Source: Eutreptiella sp. 'Long Island Sound 2002' (Eukaryota; Protista; Euglenida). From it: a DNA stretch of 64,000 bases. The stretch covers positions 11,470,001 through 11,534,000 of the forward strand of contig OZ038378.1 of the NCBI GenBank assembly GCA_964036045.1. Direction: 5' to 3'. The number at the start of each line of letters is the position of its first letter. The stretch's first letter is position 1. The notes under the pieces were generated by a model, which was given only the letters and a program-made list of their open reading frames with translations, had not been told where the DNA came from and ran no database searches. Of this stretch, positions 60,001 through 64,000 are shown in pieces. The position numbers and the translations under genes were made by a program.

Positions 60001-62368
60001 GCACAGGAACCACACAAGCACAGTGGCAACCAACCATAGTGTAAATGAGACCTCACATAGACATGCACTTGTACGCAGTGCCTGATCAATGGAATCAGAC
60101 AAGAAGCCGCATCGGGGCGCTTGCTTGTGACTGAGGGAGGAGGAACACCCCTCCTCCTCAGTAGAAGAGCCGCAGTAGAGAGCTTGTGTGGCACTGGGAA
60201 ACATGAAGTTGCGCCGTTTTGAAGTTTTGCAGCGACAAGAGCGAGTGTTGGAAACACAGTTCAATTTGAGGTGTAGTGCGGCAACTCAGGGCTACAAGTT
60301 TGATCTTGCATTCGAATGTACACGCAGACTGATCTGAAGCCTGCAAACTTGACAAGTACCGGATCGAAGAATTGTGGAGCCCGTGCTTTACTGGAAATGC
60401 GACGTGCTTCACTCACATTGTAGTCTGGGGAACAGGGGCCTGTTGACACCGAGCCAATGGGTGGAGCCCGTTGACGTGCTTTCCTCCCCTCTGCCACCCC
60501 CTCTTCAGCATCAAGTCCTCGCCGCTGCCGGAGATGACGTCGTGCCTGATGGTCCGCAGCCCCGCGGCGCAGTACATGCGCGTGAAGTGGGTGGGCTTTG
60601 TGTTCCCGGTGCCGGTACCGTACCCCCCCTCCGCGCTGCATTACAAGCTGGAGACCAAGGCGCAGGGCCTCCCCACGTGCCGGACCCGGCGCATGACCCT
60701 GTCCCAGGTCGGGGACCTGGTGCTGGAGTGCGAGGACGGGCTGAAGCGGCGCTTCAGCAACCCCCTGATCCCCCGCACGCTGCAGCTCGGGGGCATTGGG
60801 CTGGAGCCGGTGGGCGGTGCCTCGCTGGTCACGGCCTACTGCTCCGCGTACGTCGGGCTCTACCGCACAATCTACGTCAACGGGGGGCGGTCGCTGTGCG
60901 TATTCGGCCCCTGCAACCCCTTCCGCATCTTCTGTGTGAGCCTCGCGCAGCACCGCTGGACGCAGCACGTGATCCTTTTCGCGATCCTCACGTCGTCGGT
61001 GCTGCTGGCGTTCCCGGTGGAGAGCGACAAGCCGGGGCGCACGCTGAACCAGCGCGGGGTGACGCTGCCCCTGTCCCTTGCGTGGACCACCGACCTGTTC
61101 TTTGCGGGGTTCTTTCTGTTGGAGATGATGATGAACATCGTGGCCTATGGCCTGCTTTTTAACGAAGGCGCGCACCCGGAGTACCCCGCCTACCTCCGCA
61201 ACCACTGGAATCTACTGGATTTTGTGGTAACCCTCCGACACCATCCACAAACCTCGCTGACCCAGCACAAGCTTTGCCTTCAACAGCCGTCCACATCCTT
61301 GGCTGCAGCCTTCAACCCAACTAGTTCCTCTTTGGCCCTCACCAATGGTGGCTAACCCTGCAACCCTCTGGAACCCTCTGCAACCCTCTACAATGCTCTG
61401 CAACCCTTCACAAGGAACCCTCCACAAAACCCTCCGCGCCCCTCTACAACCCTCTAATGTGTGAGGTACAGAGAGGTAGAGGGATGCAGAGGGTACAAAA
61501 ACATGTAAAGGCTTGCAGCGGGTAGTTCAAATCAGAAATGTGCAGAGGGTCGTCGAGGGCTGTGGAGATTTGTGGGGGTTTGTGGAGGATTGAACGCGTC
61601 GCTAAATTGTAAAGGGTTGTTGAGGGCTGTAAATGGTGCATAAATGTAGAGATTTGTAGTATGTGTGCGCCCTGTGCAACCATTTACAACCCTCCTCAAC
61701 CTCCCCAAGCCTCCCTACGTCCCTCTACAATCGTCACCATCAGACACTGCACCTCTCTGCAGGTCGTGATGATGTCGGCTGTCTCCGTGATGCCCTTCAC
61801 TGGCGTGAATGCAAGCTACCTCCGCATCTTCCGCGTGCTCCGCTGCATGCGGCCACTGCGGCTGCTCCGGCGGTTTCAGGGGCTTCGGGTTGTGGTGCAC
61901 GCGCTGCTGGAGTCCGTGCCGCACGTCATAGACCTGGTGGTCATCTCAAGCCTCTTCATGTTGATGTTCGGGATTCTCGGCGTTGAACTGTTCGGAGGCA
62001 AGCTCTACCACTGCACTGACCCCCTTGTCACACACCACGCGGGGTGCGTGGGCAATTTCTCCAGCCCCATCACGCACGACGTGACCGAGCGCCAGTGGGT
62101 GAACAAGTACCCGCAGCATTACGACAACGTCTTCAGCAGCACGCTGACGGTGTTTGAAGTCACAACGCGGGCCATGTGGAAGGACATCATGTACCACACC
62201 ATCGAGGGCATTTCGAACGACGAGGCCCCCCGATACGACGACCAGGCGGCGCGGCGCTACGGCTGCATCTACTTCATCTTCGTGACGATCATCTGTGGGG
62301 TGTTCACCACCAGCCTCTTCGCGGGGCTGGTGATCGTCGATTTCGCTGTTGTGAAAATGGAAACGCAA
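48059..62368 (+). CDS. Four-domain voltage-gated Ca2+/Na+ channel alpha subunit (repeats I-III in window; 3' partial)
   Basis: join(48059..48504,51310..51748,53538..53890,56335..57430,58233..58471,58910..59323,60509..61226,61763..62368). All introns are GT-AG and phases are consistent (4311 nt). S4 segments: LRTLRILRPLRSI, FRSLRLLRVLKM, LRIFRVLRCMRPLRLLRR. P-loops follow FDN/FDG/YDN. The true 5' end is uncertain (possible acceptor at 48076). Confidence 0.9.
52518..52820. repeat. Dispersed G-run-bounded repeat (MITE-like), copy 1
   Basis: CACATCCTCAATACGCCAATT.TTGGGCGCCGCTGACGCGCAAACGGCGCACCATGCCACATTCAGCACAGCCCCAACACACC...GTCACACAGGGGG also occurs at 54675-54875. Confidence 0.85.
54675..54875. 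repeat. Dispersed repeat, copy 2 (internally deleted)
   Basis: Direct match to 52575-52820. Confidence 0.85.
55120..55520. repeat. Degenerate CTGCA/CTGTG-rich tandem repeat in a channel intron
   Basis: Short-period repetition, read directly. Confidence 0.6.
61333..61730. repeat. CAACCCTC(T/C)-family simple repeat in both orientations within one intron
   Basis: Forward at 61333-61457 and 61672-61730; reverse (AGAGGGT/GAGGGTTG) at 61460-61650. Confidence 0.75.
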
Positions 62369-62379
62369 GTACGACTCTG

Positions 62380-62545
62380 CACTCCACAACCCTCTACCGC
62401 ACCTCCACACCTCCGCAGACTCCACAACCCTCCACAACCCTCCACAATCCTCCACAACCCTCCACAATCCTCCACAATCCTCCACAACCCTCCACATCTG
62501 TACACGCCAACACGTTTCCACATCTCCACAGTCCTGCACAAACCC
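62380..62545. repeat. (CCACAA(C/T)CCT)n repeat at the start of a channel intron
   Basis: Read directly; same family as 61333-61730. Confidence 0.85.
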
Positions 62546-64000
62546 TCCGAGAAATCCATTCCTAGCATTACCTACCAGGGCAGCATAGGAAAGGGCAAGG
62601 ACCAATCCTTCTCCTTTTATTACAATTGTCTTCAGTGCCGTGGCACGACAAATGGCCAACAGAGCGGACGGGATTTCGGGAAAATTCCAAAACAAATGGG
62701 GCTGGGGCTGGGGCTGGTGCTCGACTGAGGGCAAGGGCACGGGTAGCCAACCCTGCAATACCCAATACGGCTGGTATAGAGAAGGGGTCTAAAGGGCAGA
62801 AGTGTTGTTGGCGGCTCCGGCCGAGTGCGTTGCCGAGTACGAGGCTAGAGATTCCAGTGCACTTATGGGAACAAGTAGATTGCACGTTATGAAGGGTTAT
62901 CCAACGTATTGCGATGTCTGTCCCAGTATCTGGTGGTTGCCCGACAGTTGAGGGTTTGGGGGGGTAAGCTTCGCTTCACATTGGCATGCAAAGACGTGAT
63001 CTGCAACACACAGAGCGAAGTGGCCACCGACTGGGATGCAGATTTGGGGGCAGTGGTCAGAAAATCGTTCCAAATTGTGTGGTATGGTGTGCACACACGT
63101 CATTATGGTGTGGGTTGCTGGAAGGGTACAAATAGGTGGAGGGTACGAACAACTGGGGACATCATTTTCGGGGGGAAGCGGTTTATAACCTGTGTTTTGC
63201 ATGGTGTATATATGGGTCATATACCTGGCAGTGGCACAGGGAAGCGGTTCAAGGGATGGACTAAATGGGGACACTGGGGTTGGTAGGTAACACCACCGGG
63301 GGTGATGCGGCAGAAACACAAAGGATCCTCGATGTGGTCTTGGCACCCTCTCTGTGTTAGGGCATCCAGGCAGTCGGAAAAGTTTGAAATGTATTGTAAG
63401 CTTCAATTCATTGTGAGGGACAAATAGAGGTGCATGCAGGCACAGGCGTAAAGGCATGCGTGGATATGAAGTTGCTGGGATCCAAGGTGACCTGTGATGA
63501 CACTAATCAGGAGCACCTCCACAAGATCTGCGGAAGTGAACCAAAGTTGTAAAGGGTAGGTAACCTGAGAATCCAATTGTTTGCACCCTTGTATCACCAC
63601 TGCCCTTCAAGCCAAGCCAAACTCAGTCACCAAATTGGTGCCCAAGAAAAAGTTTTACGTGGCAATGAAGAATTCGCTGACCATTTTCAGACAGTACTTG
63701 GAGAACAAAAGGTCTTTGCTCAATTTGAAAAATTTTGAATTTCGGCTTTGCGAAGTGTGGAAGAGAATGGATACACATTGGGAACTGTGCTCAGAATCTT
63801 TTCATGTGCCAATTTTAGATGATGGTGAGGATTACCTACCACGTGATTCCAAAATTATTCACAACAAACAACTACACGAGGAAGCAGGCTTGGATTGAGA
63901 AGGTTGTCAGGATATTGCTATTTTTTGGTCGCAATTTAGAGGACTACTGCACAATGCAGTTGGACCTTTTTGGTCATTGCCATTGGTCTCTGTTGCTGCT

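Noticed and set aside
56317-61205. Long minus-strand ORFs opposite channel exons (302, 450 and 314 aa)
   Set aside because: Antisense shadows of GC3-rich coding exons.
63581-63898. Next exon of the channel gene
   Set aside because: No resemblance to a III-IV linker or repeat IV, and AT-rich codon usage unlike the other exons.

Overview
Intron-rich eukaryotic genomic DNA. It is very probably from a euglenid, because a near-exact euglenid spliced-leader (SL) sequence lies at 39938-39965. Three host genes can be assembled: (1) a 7-exon atypical MAPK-family kinase (+, 6020-25954, about 694 aa); (2) an intronless PDI/ERp29-like ER protein (+, 40004-41221), directly preceded by a full genomic SL and a second, truncated SL, which suggests an mRNA retroposed twice; (3) a four-domain voltage-gated Ca/Na-type channel (+, from about 48059, 8 exons in the window, repeats I-III, running off the right end) with an unusual D/D/A pore signature. 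MAPK intron 3 holds a 10.4-kb KDZ (Kyakuja-Dileera-Zisupton)-type DNA transposon (8984-19399). It has 25-bp TIRs, a 7-bp flanking direct repeat, terminal arrays of palindromes, a 4-exon transposase gene of about 1254 aa, hairpin-bearing internal tandem repeats and a tRNA-like module. The rest is MITE-like elements, satellites, microsatellites, a poly(A) retro-fragment with TSD and a decayed LINE 3' end (zf-RVT plus RNase H). Most short ORFs in the supplied track are spurious. All homology calls are by-eye motif recognition; no database search was run.
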